DNA of 63,136 bases, filler included, from Octopus bimaculoides (lineage: Eukaryota), in the NCBI RefSeq assembly GCF_001194135.2. It is 7 parts of 6 records of this genome, joined end to end, with 100 filler letters (N's around TTAATTAATTAA, not from the genome) between each part and the next. Parts side by side here need not be neighbours in the genome. Positions count along the whole stretch, not along the records: positions 48,223 to 59,553 come from NC_068981.1; positions 59,654 to 61,259 come from NW_026295831.1; positions 61,360 to 63,136 come from NC_069004.1; 4 more parts are not named here. One strand, written 5' to 3'. Position 1 is the first letter of the stretch, and every line of letters begins with the position of its first letter. Both the position numbers and the translations under genes were made by a program. The notes under the pieces were generated by a model. It was not told the DNA's origin, made no database searches, and was given only the letters and a program-made list of their open reading frames with translations. Below are positions 49,084 through 62,034 of this stretch, piece after piece.

Positions 49084-49215
49084 GGTGAAAACCTAATTAA
49101 GCACAACTCCAGAAAACAATGTTGTTATGGACAGCTAGGATACTTAGAAGGGTTCTTGGCATTTAAAGTTACTTGTAGCCCGATGTTAAGAATTTTTATT
49201 TTCCAACAGTTTAAA
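49084..49215 (+). mobile_element. Second, shorter R4/Dong-like 3' end
   Basis: AQLQKTMLLWTARILRRVLGI*, between (TAA)n and aataataatt. Confidence 0.6.
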
Positions 49216-49439
49216 TAATAATTATTATTATAGCTTATTTCGTCGACCCCGGTGTCATTTGAACTCAGAACGTGAAGAAGGACGAAATGCTGCTAAGCGT
49301 TTTGCCCGGCGTGCTAACGATTCTGCCAGCTCGCTGTATCAAGCAGTGACTCTCGTGTCTTCTGATCATAACTGATTGGAAATGTTATTATGTACGTCTT
49401 TTGCCTTCATGTAAAAGAGGGTTACAACAAATATTCAGC

Positions 49440-49710
49440 TCAGTACCACAGATTTGCTTGTCACTTGCTTGATCTTAACCAGTTGAGCATGTTCCTCTGT
49501 GGATGACGATATGTGCATCTCTGATCGTGAGCAGGCGTAGTGGGGGAGCATTATAGCCATGTGTTGAGAAGAATTCTTTGAGGTTTGAATAATTCATCCT
49601 TGAAAACGTATTTTGTTCATCCTTAAACAATCCTTATTCATGGTCCTTTTAAGCAGAATGTGCTACTCGACCTGAAGAAAATACTAACTGGACCCTACCT
49701 GTAAGGTCGT
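49440..49710 (+). repeat. Interspersed repeat, second copy of 42120-42410
   Basis: agatttgcttgtca.ttgc..gatcttaaccagttgagcatg...atgcatctctgatc...gggggagcat.atagccatgtgttgagaag. Confidence 0.8.
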
Positions 49711-52138
49711 GCATTGTTTAACTTGACATGAGGTTACTATGTCGCACACGTATGGTTGTGATACATGTGCCTCGTGTACTTTTATCAGACAGGTAGTCAT
49801 GATGGGTATATTGAGTTTCGTATATTTGTACCCCAATGTCACTTTGATAGCATGTGCTGCTCCCTCCGGAATAGTAACAATACTCTATCAAAATATAATA
49901 CTAAAAAAAAGTCTAAATGAACTGCTGAATAAGGAAAATAAATGGATCTTTAGTCAATTTCGGCCATCACTTCAGCTGTTCGATCAACTTACTTGCTTAC
50001 TCATTGTATTATAGTGCAAGTGGCTGAGTATTCCGTGTAGCGTTAACGTATTTTTCAGGTCAGTCGGAATAGCATGACAATATGTGACAAGGCTTGATCT
50101 TTGAATTGCAGGTTAAACTCACTCGCCGGTGCCTCTCTTCCCACTTCCGTTTACAAGGCTTGGAGTCACGTGAAACTATGATGAAAGACACTTGTCCAAA
50201 GTGCAATGTTGTGGGATCGAACCCTTGACCACATACTTGCTAAGTTAATTTGTTTAAATACACCACCATTCTTGCAATGAAGACAAAGAAACAATCACAT
50301 CATTTTCAGTAAAGGAGTCTTTACAAAGATAATATATATATATATATCCACAGATACGACCGAATCTGCATTTATCTTTATAGGGCAATATACAGAAATT
50401 TCACACGTAAATGGAGAATGTTGTAAGTGCTAAAAGCTTATATGACAATTACGTTGCTACAATACTATGGTGTATGCCCGACTAGACAGAAGAATCAAAG
50501 CGTAAATCACAGATACGGTATCACAAACTAAACGTAAAAAGATCTAAGCACTCTGATAAACCTTTCGTTCCGATGACCCGTATCCGAGTTGAAAAGCTAT
50601 CCAGAAGCGCTCAAAATAGAAATATTCAAGATGTTAGTGATGAGATTAAAAATAGTACAAATAAGAATTACTGTACTGATTACAAGCTAAAGAGGAGCCT
50701 CTAAGCAGTCGCTTAGCATGATAGCAATAGCAAAGGAATCTTTCTCAAATTATATCGTGACAAAAGTGACGATGCTATAAGTGTGGAATTATTAATCACC
50801 TCAAGACTTTCTGCCCCAAATAGCAAAAGAAAATGACAGCTGAAAGAAGGTTTCCACTACTGCTAACGCCACCATATCAACATCACCCACAACACAAACA
50901 ACTTCAATACAATAACAGCATGAAACTGTAGTAACGCTTATTACAACATCAGCTTCAGGATTTGAAGCACTACCTACAGCATCAACAACAACAAGAGCGA
51001 AAAGAAAGCAAAAATAAAATAAACGCTGCCCTCAAGAGTCACAGCATCATCAAGAACCACGGCAACTAAAAGCCCATTAGCAACAGCAAAACAAAAAGTA
51101 AATGACCCCCCCCCCNNNNNNNNNNAAGATATGCCCCTTCCCGCTTGGAACCACCCGGATATGTGTAGCGAAAGTCATAGAGAAGAGAGCAAATAGTAAC
51201 AAGTAACAAACAGAAAAATGGCTAAAGGAAAAAAAATCACGGCTACAAAAAAAAAAAAAAGATGGAGCCGCAACCGGACGAAAGAAATACTTAACAACGG
51301 CGCCATCCCCAACAGTAGCAACACCAATATCACTAATACTTTTGTCACCATCCCAACCATCACGGACAAAGCCATCATGACATGCACTAGAAAAAGTGAA
51401 TATGCACCCAAACTAAGGACAAACGCAAAGTAATATTATAAATTACGTCGTCACAAGTTCAAAGAACAGACAGCTAATGAAATATAATTGAAATAAACTA
51501 ATGAGACATTATTCAGAACGATTTCATTACACCATCAATTATCACACCAACACACAACACGATCTCTAAAGACACGGAAGTACCGTCAGTCGCGCAGAGC
51601 AACGAAACTACTGTGCACCCTCGTCCAGTGCCTAAGCATTGCTAACTTGTGGAGTTATGTCGAACACCTGCTGTCACATATAGAACGAACCCGGCTGTCA
51701 GCTTAGTCCCTTATGAAGATCGTCCTGCCTCTTTCATTTAGCCGGCAAGGTCAGGCATTATCTATCTTTCTGGTGGTCTTATCGAAAGATGTTTTGTGAA
51801 GGACCAGACCAGAATGGTTGAAGGCAAACACGTTCCTCTTTGGGTAAACCCTCATCACCTTGAAGTTTCACTTGAAAAAGAAAAGTGAGGGTGGTGAGGG
51901 AAGTGTTATCTTCTAGCAAATTTATCGAAATGATGAGGAGAGTGGGGAGCAAGCTCCTAGTGAGCGGGCTTTCTCTGTGCATACACATGTTGACTGAGGC
52001 TGAAATTAGGGAGAGGGTACTTGTCCTAGTGTTCATGAGTACTGGGGTCGATGTAATCGACTATCCTTCTCCTCCCAATTTCAGGCATTGTGCCTATAGT
52101 AGAACGGATTATTATTATCATCGTCATCATTATTATTA

Positions 52139-52585
52139 AGGTGGCGAGCTGGTAGAATCGTTAGCATGCCGGGTAAAATGCTTAGCGACATTTCGTCCGT
52201 CCTTACGTTCTGAGTTCAAATTCACCAGAGTTCGAGTTTGTCTTTCATCCTTTCGTGATCGATAAATTAAGTACCAGTGAAACATTGGGGTCAATTTAAT
52301 TGACTTATCCCCTTCTTCAAAATGGCTGCCCTTGTAGCAAAATTTGAAACGATTACTATTATCATTATATAAAGGCGGCGAGCTGGCAGACTCGTTAGCA
52401 TGCTGGGAAAAATGTTTTCCAGTATTTCATCCGTCTTTACGTTCTGAGTTCAAATCTCGCCGAGGTCGACTTTGCCTTTCATTCTTTCGGCGTCGATAAA
52501 TTAAGTACCAGTAAAATTCTAGGGTCGATGTATTCGACTCGTCCCCTCCCCGCAAAATTTCAGGCTTTGTGTCTATAATAGAAAG
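52139..52585 (+). mobile_element. Two tandem short tRNA-derived SINEs
   Basis: ggcgagctgg.aga.tcgttagca..ccggg..aaatg.tt...gttctgagttcaaat, twice. Confidence 0.9.
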
Positions 52586-53587
52586 GGTTATTATTATAAT
52601 AGAAAGGGTTATTATTATGTTGCTCAAGGCTAGCAATTTTAACTTAGATGGGGTTAGTCGATACGATCGATGTCACTACTTGAGTGATACATTTTATTTT
52701 ATCNNNNNNNNNNNNNNNNNNNNNNNNNNNNNNNNNNNNNNNNNNNNNNNNNNNNNNNNNNNNNNNNNNNNNNNNNNNNNNNNNNNNNNNNNNNNNNNNN
52801 NNNNNNNNNNNNNNNNNNNNNNNNNNNNNNNNNNNNNNNNNNNNNNNNNNNNNNNNNNNNNNNNNNNNNNNNNNNNNNNNNNNNNNNNNNNNNNNNNNNN
52901 NNNNNNNNNNNNNNNNNNNNNNNNNNNNNNNNNNNNNNNNNNNNNNNNNNNNNNNNNNNNNNNNNNNNNNNNNNNNNNNNNNNNNNNNNNNNNNNNNNNN
53001 NNNNNNNNNNNNNNNNNNNNNNNNNNNNNNNNNNNNNNNNNNNNNNNNNNNNNNNNNNNNNNNNNNNNNNNNNNNNNNNNNNNNNNNNNNNNNNNNNNNN
53101 NNNNNNNNNNNNNNNNNNNNNNNNNNNNNNNNNNNNNNNNNNNNNNNNNNNNNNNNNNNNNNNNNNNNNNNNNNNNNNNNNNNNNNNNNNNNNNNNNNNN
53201 NNNNNNNNNNNNNNNNNNNNNNNNNNNNNNNNNNNNNNNNNNNNNNNNNNNNNNNNNNNNNNNNNNNNNNNNNNNNNNNNNNNNNNNNNNNNNNNNNNNN
53301 NNNNNNNNNNNNNNNNNNNNNNNNNNNNNNNNNNNNNNNNNNNNNNNNNNNNNNNNNNNNNNNNNNNNNNNNNNNNNNNNNNNNNNNNNNNNNNNNNNNN
53401 NNNNNNNNNNNNNNNNNNNNNNNNNNNNNNNNNNNNNNNNNNNNNNNNNNNNNNNNNNNNNNNNNNNNNNNNNNNNNNNNNNNNNNNNNNNNNNNNNNNN
53501 NNNNNNNNNNNNNNNNNNNNNNNNNNNNNNNNNNNNNNNNNNNNNNNNNNNNNNNNNNNNNNNNNNNNNNNNNNNNNNNNNNNNNNC

Positions 53588-53638
53588 TCCTCAGTCAAAT
53601 CGTCCAACCCATGCTAGCATGGAAAGCGGACGTTAAAC

Positions 53639-53682
<44 letters not shown>
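53588..53682 (+). mobile_element. RTE LINE 3' end with (GAT)n tail
   Basis: cctcagtcaaatcgtccaacccatgctagcatggaaagcggacgttaaac(gat)n. Confidence 0.88.
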
Positions 53683-53684
<2 letters not shown>

Positions 53685-54283
53685 GTATCACAACAACGAA
53701 AGGGAAATTTGTTCAAGCTAAGGCAGCATGCAGCAGCTGAGAATTCGATAAAAAGGCAAACGGAAAAAAGAAAATGGACGGAAGATAAATAAGCCTTCAG
53801 CATTAATGACATCTACATGACAAATTAGGTAAAACTATCTTCATAATTGTATTTCGGTGAAATATTTATTTCAAAATTCAGAATGTAAAGAAATTAACTC
53901 ACCAAACATTCTGAGCAAAGATAAGTTGATATTCATCATACACACAAAATCAGAGAATAAGTTTAACTTTTTCCCTTTATGATTTGATTCGGAGATGTGG
54001 GTTGTGTCCATGGTCTACGTGGTTTTTTTTTTTTTTAGTAGAATGANNNNNNNNNNTAATGTTTCTCTTTATCTCTTGTTAATTGATGACTGCGAGGGAA
54101 ACACGCAAGCAAGCAGAAAATTCACGGCGTAGTGCAGATGTTCTAGGATTGTGACTAGCGCCTGAATCTGTGGTGGGGACATAGAATGAGCGATGGGAGA
54201 AAGAGAGAGACAATTGAATCAGGAATGCCAGAGCAGTGCTAGTGGAGGTGGTGATGATTGTGGTTGTATAGAACCTACCGTAA

Positions 54284-54682
54284 AGCAGCGAGCTGGCAGA
54301 AACGTTAGCACGTTGGGCGAAATGCTTAGCGGTATTTCGTCTGCCGTTACGTTCTGAGTTCAAATTCCGCCGAGGTCGACTTTGCCTTTCATCCTTTCGG
54401 GGTCGATAAATTAAGTACCAGTTACGCACTGGGGTCGATGTAATCGACTTAATCCGTTTGTCTGTCCTTGTTTGTCCCTTCTATGTTTAGCCTCTTGTGG
54501 GCAATACAGAAATAGGTATTTCGTTTGTCTTTACGTTCAGAGTTCAAATTCCGCTGAGGTCGATTTTGCCTTTCATCCTTTCGGGGTCGATAAATTAAGT
54601 ACCAGTTGCGTACTGGAGTCGATCTAATCGACTGGACCCTCCCCCAAAAATTTCGGGCCTTGTGCCTGGAGTAGAAAAGAGT
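54284..54682 (+). mobile_element. Short tRNA-derived SINE, dimeric arrangement
   Basis: A full copy followed by a 5'-truncated second copy. Confidence 0.88.
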
Positions 54683-55198
54683 ATAGGACCTGCCGTTCCC
54701 AAATAGCAGAGGTCACAGTTGAAGAAACGGTAGTTAAGGGGTAAAAAAAAAAAAAAAAAAAGCGGACATCACACATCTGAAGACCAAAATTTAGAGTAGG
54801 CTATTGTTGCTACCAGATCAAGCCTGAAAGAATATCTATATAAGGAGTGCCGGTTTTTTAAAAATTGTTTTTCCAGTTTTCAATCTGTATGCTTTGTTGT
54901 CATAAACCTTGATAGTTTTCATTATATTTTTGGGTTTAATGTCCGTTAAAAAACGCGCTCGTTCTGGTCATTCAGCCTCAGGTCAGCTATGATCAAAAAG
55001 GCTTATAGTTACGCAGATAGTCGTTCAAACAACGAAACGCAACAGAGATGCATTCTCCTAGTTAAACCCTGTCACCGACTGTTTGAGGAGAGTACAACAC
55101 ACTCCGACATACATAAATCAAAAGAGGTGCAGTGTAGCAATTTTGATATATTGCACCTTCCCTACTATCAAGTCTGTTTTTCTAAGCTCGTACAGTCT

Positions 55199-55390
55199 AG
55201 TAGTGGCCACAACGGCGGGCTCGGTAGTGGAAACAACGGCGGATTCTGTAGAGGCCACAACGGCAGGCCCGGTAGTGGCCAAACGACAGGCTCGGCAGTG
55301 GCCACAACGGCGAGCACGGTAGTGACCACAACGATGGGCTCTGTAATGGCCACAACGGCGGGCTCTGTAGTAGCCACAACGGCGGGTTCG
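55199..55390. repeat. GC-rich 24-bp minisatellite, about 8 copies
   Basis: (gtagtggccacaacggcgggctcg)n. Confidence 0.9.
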
Positions 55391-56467
55391 GTTAGAGAGT
55401 AAAGCTGTTGTTATTTTGCACTGAGATCAGTGGCGATGTTGCAGTTACTTCCGTGCGTAATTATTTTTCTTTTAGTCTGTGCAGAGCGGAACAGATAGTG
55501 TTGCTGTTGTGGTTGTAGTGTTCTAGGTAAGGTTGAAAGTACTTTTATTTTGTAACTACAAGGCTGAAGCTTGTTGTAACAATAAACAATGTCCTACCCG
55601 TGTACAGGCCAACATTTACTTTATTTTATCTTATTTTTATTTGTTAAGTAGGTGGGTTTTTTTAGGTGTGGTCTGAATGCAACATATCATTAAGGTTATT
55701 CTTTTCAAAATATTTTTTTAAGTTTGCAAAGAGCAGTACTAGGTGTGTATGACATTACTACACTTCAGTGTTTTTACTGGGCTTAACAATTGCCATGACT
55801 TTGTACAGTTTCTATTGTCACCTTTCTTACCAACAACAACTCCAGGGAATATCAAATGCAACTAAACGTCACACTCAATGACGACATAAACAAGCCAGAC
55901 GGACGCAAGCGTACACACACACACACACCAAAAGACAAAAATACTAGTTACATATGCCACCCTCACACTTTTCGTAGCACTCATAGAAACGCTGCAGAGG
56001 TTGTTGGGCGAAGTGATTCTTGCAAGCCTTGATGCGTTTTACTTTTTAGATTTCCATATTGCTTTTTGGATGTCTGATGAATGATGTAGGCAAAAGGCAC
56101 GTATTTTCCGTTTTGTGTTTCTTTATTTGTTGTGTGACTTCTGATGCCTGATTTTCGAGAACTGTCTGATAAGGGCTTATTCTTGTTATTGTAACGGGGG
56201 TATGTTATTTGAGATATTTATTGTTATAAAGGGTGTGGTATGACTATTGTTGTCGTTGGGAGGGTATATAGAAACATTTGAAACGCTGTAGACGTGACTG
56301 AAGAAAAAATATAGATATGAACTAGAAATTAAAGATGGCGATGTTATCTCAGTAAATATCGCTCTCCTCACAGAATTCCATTCATTTTTCCCTATAGGTA
56401 TGCGACATATATTAAATTACAGTTTTGGTCTTAAAGCTTAAATCATTCTTTTTCATCTGGACTTTTA

Positions 56468-56517
56468 GAGACTACGTTAGACTACGTTAGACTACGTTAG
56501 ACTACGTTAGACTACGA
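56468..56517. repeat. 10-bp tandem repeat
   Basis: (agactacgtt) four times, plus a partial fifth unit. Confidence 0.9.
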
Positions 56518-56900
56518 TTCCAAACTTGATTAGGAGCGAGATTTTGTCAACAAGCAAGAGAATTTCTCACGACTAAGTTAGGGTGTAAATATCATGTATT
56601 AAAAAAGAGTGTCAGGCGAATAATTCTTACTGTGGAGCTTGGGGGCGGTTCGATCGAGGCTGAAACAGTTTAAGGATACTAGTCTTCTCAGAAGGAACAA
56701 CAAAAGGGATTACCAAGCAGAGAATTTCTACAGGACTGTCGTTCTACGTGCTAGAAATAGCAAGTGTCTTTCAATTAACTTACTGGTATTTTCATAAAGA
56801 AAAAACAGTAGAAAATGCAGACATTGATATATAACGTCTGAAAAAGACGGATGGTCATAACTGGAATATTTGTAATCATAGGCTGCTGGAAATAAATATA

Positions 56901-57292
56901 GGTGCAGGAGTGGCTGTGTGGTAAGTAGCCTGCTTAACAACCACATGGTTCCGGGTTCAGTCCCACTGCGTGGCACCTTGGGCAAGTGTCTTCTACTATA
57001 GCCTCGGGCCGACCAAAACCTTGTGAGTGGATTTGGTAGACGGAAACTGAAAGAAGTCCGTCGTATATATGTATATATATGTGTTTGTGTGTCTGTGTTT
57101 GTCCCCCCACCATCGCTTGACAACCGATGCTAGTGTGTTTACGTCCCCGTAACTTAGCGGTTCGGCAAAAAGAGTCCGATAGAATAAGTACTAGGCTTAC
57201 AAACAATAAGTCCTGGGGTCGATTTGCTCGACTAAAGGCGGTACTCCAGCATGGCCGCAGTCAAATGACTGAAACAAGTAAAAGAGTAAAAG
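56901..57292 (+). mobile_element. Long tRNA-derived (CORE-like) SINE, full length
   Basis: A-box tggctgtgtggtaag, B-box gggttcagtccc, accttgggcaagtg, internal (TA/TG)n, tail gactgaaacaagtaaaagag. Confidence 0.9.
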
Positions 57293-57879
57293 ATATAAGG
57301 GCAACAAAAGAGAACACGGTTCACACCTTGTTATATTTAAAAATACGGTTTTTAGCAAGGATAACCAAAAGCAAATCAGGCTGAATCGAGAGATCTACTT
57401 GGACAAATTAACAATAATTCGATTTTAACGGAAATTTAGTGTGAGGAATGCAAGCAGAAATGTAGATTGATGAAGAGAGTGAGACAAAGTTAGTATTGTG
57501 GGTTATCTTATAAGCAATTGTTTAAGCAACTGGTAAGAGATGATATTCACATGTCTAAAGAAGAAACGAAAATCACTGTAATACTTACAAATGAGGAAAA
57601 TTTGAACAAATCAGCTGGAAGAGTAGCAGAAACTATAGAATGGACCATTATCTTGCATCGGGTGTTGGGGTGTGGGGTCCATGGGTTGTTTGATTCCTGG
57701 ATAAACTGATTTCTTTTCGCCTTCCAAGCATTTTCTTTTAATTGTCATAAATGGGAGAAATTGCAAATGCCAGAATACATAACTTTATTTCATTATACAA
57801 GTTTAAAAAGTTATTCGAAACACAGCATGAAAGTTTAGAATACTTTAATGAATATAGCCAGGAAGCAGCAAGCTGTTAG

Positions 57880-58475
57880 ATTTGTTATCGCGCCAAAAAA
57901 ATGCTTAGCGGCATTTCGTCCGTTTTTTGCATTCTGAGTTCAAATTCCGCTGAGGTCGACTTCGCTTTTTATCCTTTAGGGGTTGATAAAATAAGTACCA
58001 GCTGAGTACTGGGGTCGAAAATGCTGGACTTGTGTCAAAATTTGAAACCAATATAACCAGGAAGGCGACAAACCGTCAGAATCGTTAGCACGCCGGGTGA
58101 AATGCTTAGCAGTATTTCGTCTGTCTTCACGTTCTGGGTTCAAGTGCCACCGGGGTCGACTTTACCTTTCATCTTTTCGGGATCGATAAATTAAGTACTT
58201 GTTACGCACTGGGGTCGATGTAATCGGCTTAATCCCTTCTCCCAGATTTGAGGCCTTGTGCTTTCAGTAGAAAGAACGGGCAGATTTATTACCGTACCGA
58301 AAACAAATACTTAGCAGCATTTCTTCCCACTTTACGTTCTGAGTTCGAATCTGTCCGGGGATGACTTTGCCTTTCATTATTCCGGAGTCGAAAGTAACAA
58401 TTGAACACTGAGCTTGATATAATCGACATAACCTCTTCCCCCAAATTACTGCCCTTATATGCCAAACTTTGAAAC
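57880..58475 (+). mobile_element. Cluster of three short tRNA-derived SINEs
   Basis: Repeated aaatgcttagc..gttctgagttc..gtcgactt.gccttt.atc. Confidence 0.85.
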
Positions 58476-59405
58476 CAGGAAAAGAGGGAAGAAACAAGAG
58501 AGAGAGGAACAATATCTAGATTACTGGCAGTAACCTCCACATATTTTTGTTACAAACACTGAATGGATTTGTGAAAGTCAGTAGGAAGGACACGTTCCTT
58601 TAAATGTAACAAAATTTCTTCATTAAAATTTTAAAATAAGAACAAAACACCAGATACTGAAGAACCCTTATCATCCTATATAAAACTAAATCATATTTTT
58701 CCCAATTTTATATCTGCAGTGTTTCTATTGACAAAATTATTAAAGAATTTGGTTTATGTCTTTTTCTTTGTAATTGGAATATTCCAAACACATGACGTGA
58801 CTACCTGAGTTAACTCTAGCTTCAGCTGGCTTTCTTTATACGAAAGTATGATCAGTAGCTTTAGATAGATCCAAACAGGAGAAAGTTAATAGTCAGTATG
58901 GAATGAATAATTACCAGAATGCTACCACGTTACAGAGTCTATGAGACGACGATGCTAAGATTCAAGAAAGATGTGAATATACAGATGGCGTCTCTGAATA
59001 ATTAATTAAATAAAATTCTTTGGTAAGAATATAGATAAAAGAGCAAGTTCTCATGAGACTGTTGTAGAAGAACTTAAACTAAGAAAGAAAAAATTAAGAT
59101 AAAAGGTTTTAAAGCGATTGACAGGAAATAAAATACATAGGCATACGGTGGCGAAATAAAGACACCTTGAATGAAAGTAGATTGTTGAAAGACGTAAAGA
59201 ACTACAGACCATAAACGATTATGAATTTACGAAGGTATAAAGAGTGGTTCAACGGAAGCTGGAAAAATTAAGAGTTACCTTTAGTTTATTTAAAATGAAA
59301 AGCTCTGCAGAATAGGATGACGGCTACTAAACAGCCAAATAGTTTGATACCATAGACAAATTTGTGGAGTTCTGGAAAAGTAGGGAAAAGAATACATGAC
59401 ACCAA

Positions 59406-59441
<36 letters not shown>

Positions 59442-59452
59442 CATCATCATTG

Positions 59453-59529
<77 letters not shown>

Positions 59530-60649
59530 GTTCAGTAGTTTTATTTTTATAACNNNNNNNNNNNNNNNNNNNNNNNNNNNNNNNNNNNNNNNNNNNNTTA
59601 ATTAATTAANNNNNNNNNNNNNNNNNNNNNNNNNNNNNNNNNNNNNNNNNNNNCTTAATTATATGTTAGTGTTGTGGCGCGGTCACTGATGAGAATTTCG
59701 CCTCGCAAATTATCTTATTTGCTAAAAAAATTTGAAACCTAGGTATGACCGTCATAAAATAACAAGGTAAAAGTTTCAATTTTTCATTCCCTTCAAAATT
59801 GCTCTTAAATGTGGTTTTGGTCGTTTTGACTACTTTTTCTAGCATGTAAAGCTGCCTGTTGAAGGCAGTTTCTCTTGTGTTTAACTGTACATTATTTTAT
59901 ATTGAGAATATGTTGTCTATTGAATTTTTATACATGCTAGGCCACTGGTAGTGAAATTTCTAAAAAAAACTCACTATCCAATATTTTACGTATAATATAT
60001 ATAATATAAGACGGTTTTCAACACAGTATGTCTCTACAAATTATACTCACAAAATATTAGTCGATCTGGGGCTATAGTAGAAGACACTTTCCCAAGGTGC
60101 CGTAAGGTAGAACTGAACTCAAAACCACGTAGTTACAAACCGAGCTTCTTAACCACACCGCTATGCTTGAAACTTTAATGACGCATATGATTTATCTTAG
60201 TGTTTGCGTGGACAAACCACTCTACACGACACTTGAGGCTGTTTCTCCTTTAATTTTGAATGAGATTTTACCGTATAACAATATAAAGGGAATTGTGTGT
60301 CCTGCAGGTCAGAATGCTGTTTGGCATTTTCGCACCTATGGCTTCCTCAGATATCTATTACAAAACTGATGCATGTTATCCAGTGTTGGAATCGATGCTT
60401 CCAGAGGAAATTTCCCATTCTTGCTTGTTATATTCTTCATCAATAGAAATTTTATCATTCGTTATCTGTTGATATCAAAATCGTGTCAGATTGCCTCGTC
60501 AAGCAGATCGTCCAAACATATCGTGTTAACTGTCTTGGAGTTATCTTCAATCAAAACCATTGTGAATGTTTCTGTATATGTGTCATTCTGTGCTGAAATA
60601 CCTATGTTCGTATTCAAAATACTCGACAAATGCTCAACAACCAAATTTA

Positions 60650-61010
60650 CACCTGCAGAATGGAAGGATTGGCCAAAAGAGAGGAAGGAGTCTAGTTGCC
60701 CGCGGGAGAGCGAGGTTACACCGATACAGTCATCAATAAAACAACCGTATAGTTCGGGAATGTGAACAGTGAATCTTGAAAATATCTGGGCTTCAACGTA
60801 GCCAACGAACAGGTTCGCATAGTTGGGGTCCATTCTCGTTCCCATGGCCACTCCACAGAAGTGTTGGTAAAACTCTCCTGCGAACGAGAAGAAATTTAAG
60901 GAGATAACAACTTCGGCCAGACGAAGAAGTATGGACGTGTCAGATTGGCGGTTGGGTCGAAGGTCTAGAAAGTGTTTGAGGGCAAGAAGTCCTTCGCTGT
61001 GTGGAACCAC
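60650..61010 (-). pseudogene. Penelope-like element reverse transcriptase fragment
   Basis: GLLALKHFL...LRLAEVVISLNFFSF.GEFYQH..GVAMGTRMDPNYANLFVG...FIDDCIG. Confidence 0.85.
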
Positions 61011-61585
61011 CGTATATAGACACTTGATACATATGTTTGTGTGTGCGTGTGCGCTTCCCTGTAGATGTTTTTATGTATGTAATATTAGATACCTTAGTTC
61101 ATATTTGAAAACGTCATATTTCTATTTAATTTTACTACACCTCCCTCTCTCTCTCTCTTTCTTTCACATAAACCTGTCATGCACAAATGTTTTGTGCGGT
61201 CAGCAAAGAAACTACAACGCCTGTCAAACTAAAATATATGGTATATAATATATACATACNNNNNNNNNNNNNNNNNNNNNNNNNNNNNNNNNNNNNNNNN
61301 NNNTTAATTAATTAANNNNNNNNNNNNNNNNNNNNNNNNNNNNNNNNNNNNNNNNNNNNTATATTGTATGTATGTATGTATGTATGTATGTATGTATACA
61401 TATGTGTGTGTGTGTTTATGTCGTTGAATGCTCGAAATGAGGAGTAGATAGACAGCCAACTGATGAAGGGTCGTTCTCTGTGTTTACTTGTCCTGTTTTC
61501 CATTTTTTCTCCCGTTGTTTGCGTATTTAACTCGTTTGTATTCGTATTTCATGCTGTTTACATAGTTGGTGACGTCCTGTACCCA

Positions 61586-61623
<38 letters not shown>

Positions 61624-62034
61624 GGTGGTGCTCCAATATTACACAGTCCAGTGATTGAAATTAGTAAAAGGGTAAAATGATAGAGGAAAAGAGAGAGTTT
61701 TAGAATATAATGGGTTCTATGTCGACTTTGACTATGAGTATTCCAGTTCTTCAATCATTAAATAACAGACAAAGTGGGTGAGTATACCACGGACATTTTA
61801 CACGGAATTTATAGGCAAAATCAGCGCGACATAGTGTTTGACAAAGTTGGTCCTTTGAATTGTAGATGGGTTTCCACAGTTTCTGCTTACCAAATTCCAG
61901 ATTGGTTCGACCAGAAAATTTGATCATATATACAAGTTGTCCAAGGTGCCATGTAGTGGGATCGAACGTAAGACGTTATGGTTGCGAAGCAAACTTCTTA
62001 AACAACACACAACATTGTCGGTCTCTATGGTTGT

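Noticed and set aside
51175-51433. Lys/Thr-rich and hydrophobic ORFs
   Set aside because: Low-complexity A/C-rich DNA with no splice or homology support.
56901-56975. tRNA-like A/B boxes (and in the other SINE heads)
   Set aside because: No cloverleaf; they continue into multi-copy SINE bodies. No true tRNA, rRNA or CRISPR array was seen.
61430-61480. GAAA...CTGATGA (and the related repeat near 40750) as a permuted hammerhead
   Set aside because: Stems do not pair in these copies; at most a decayed repeat.
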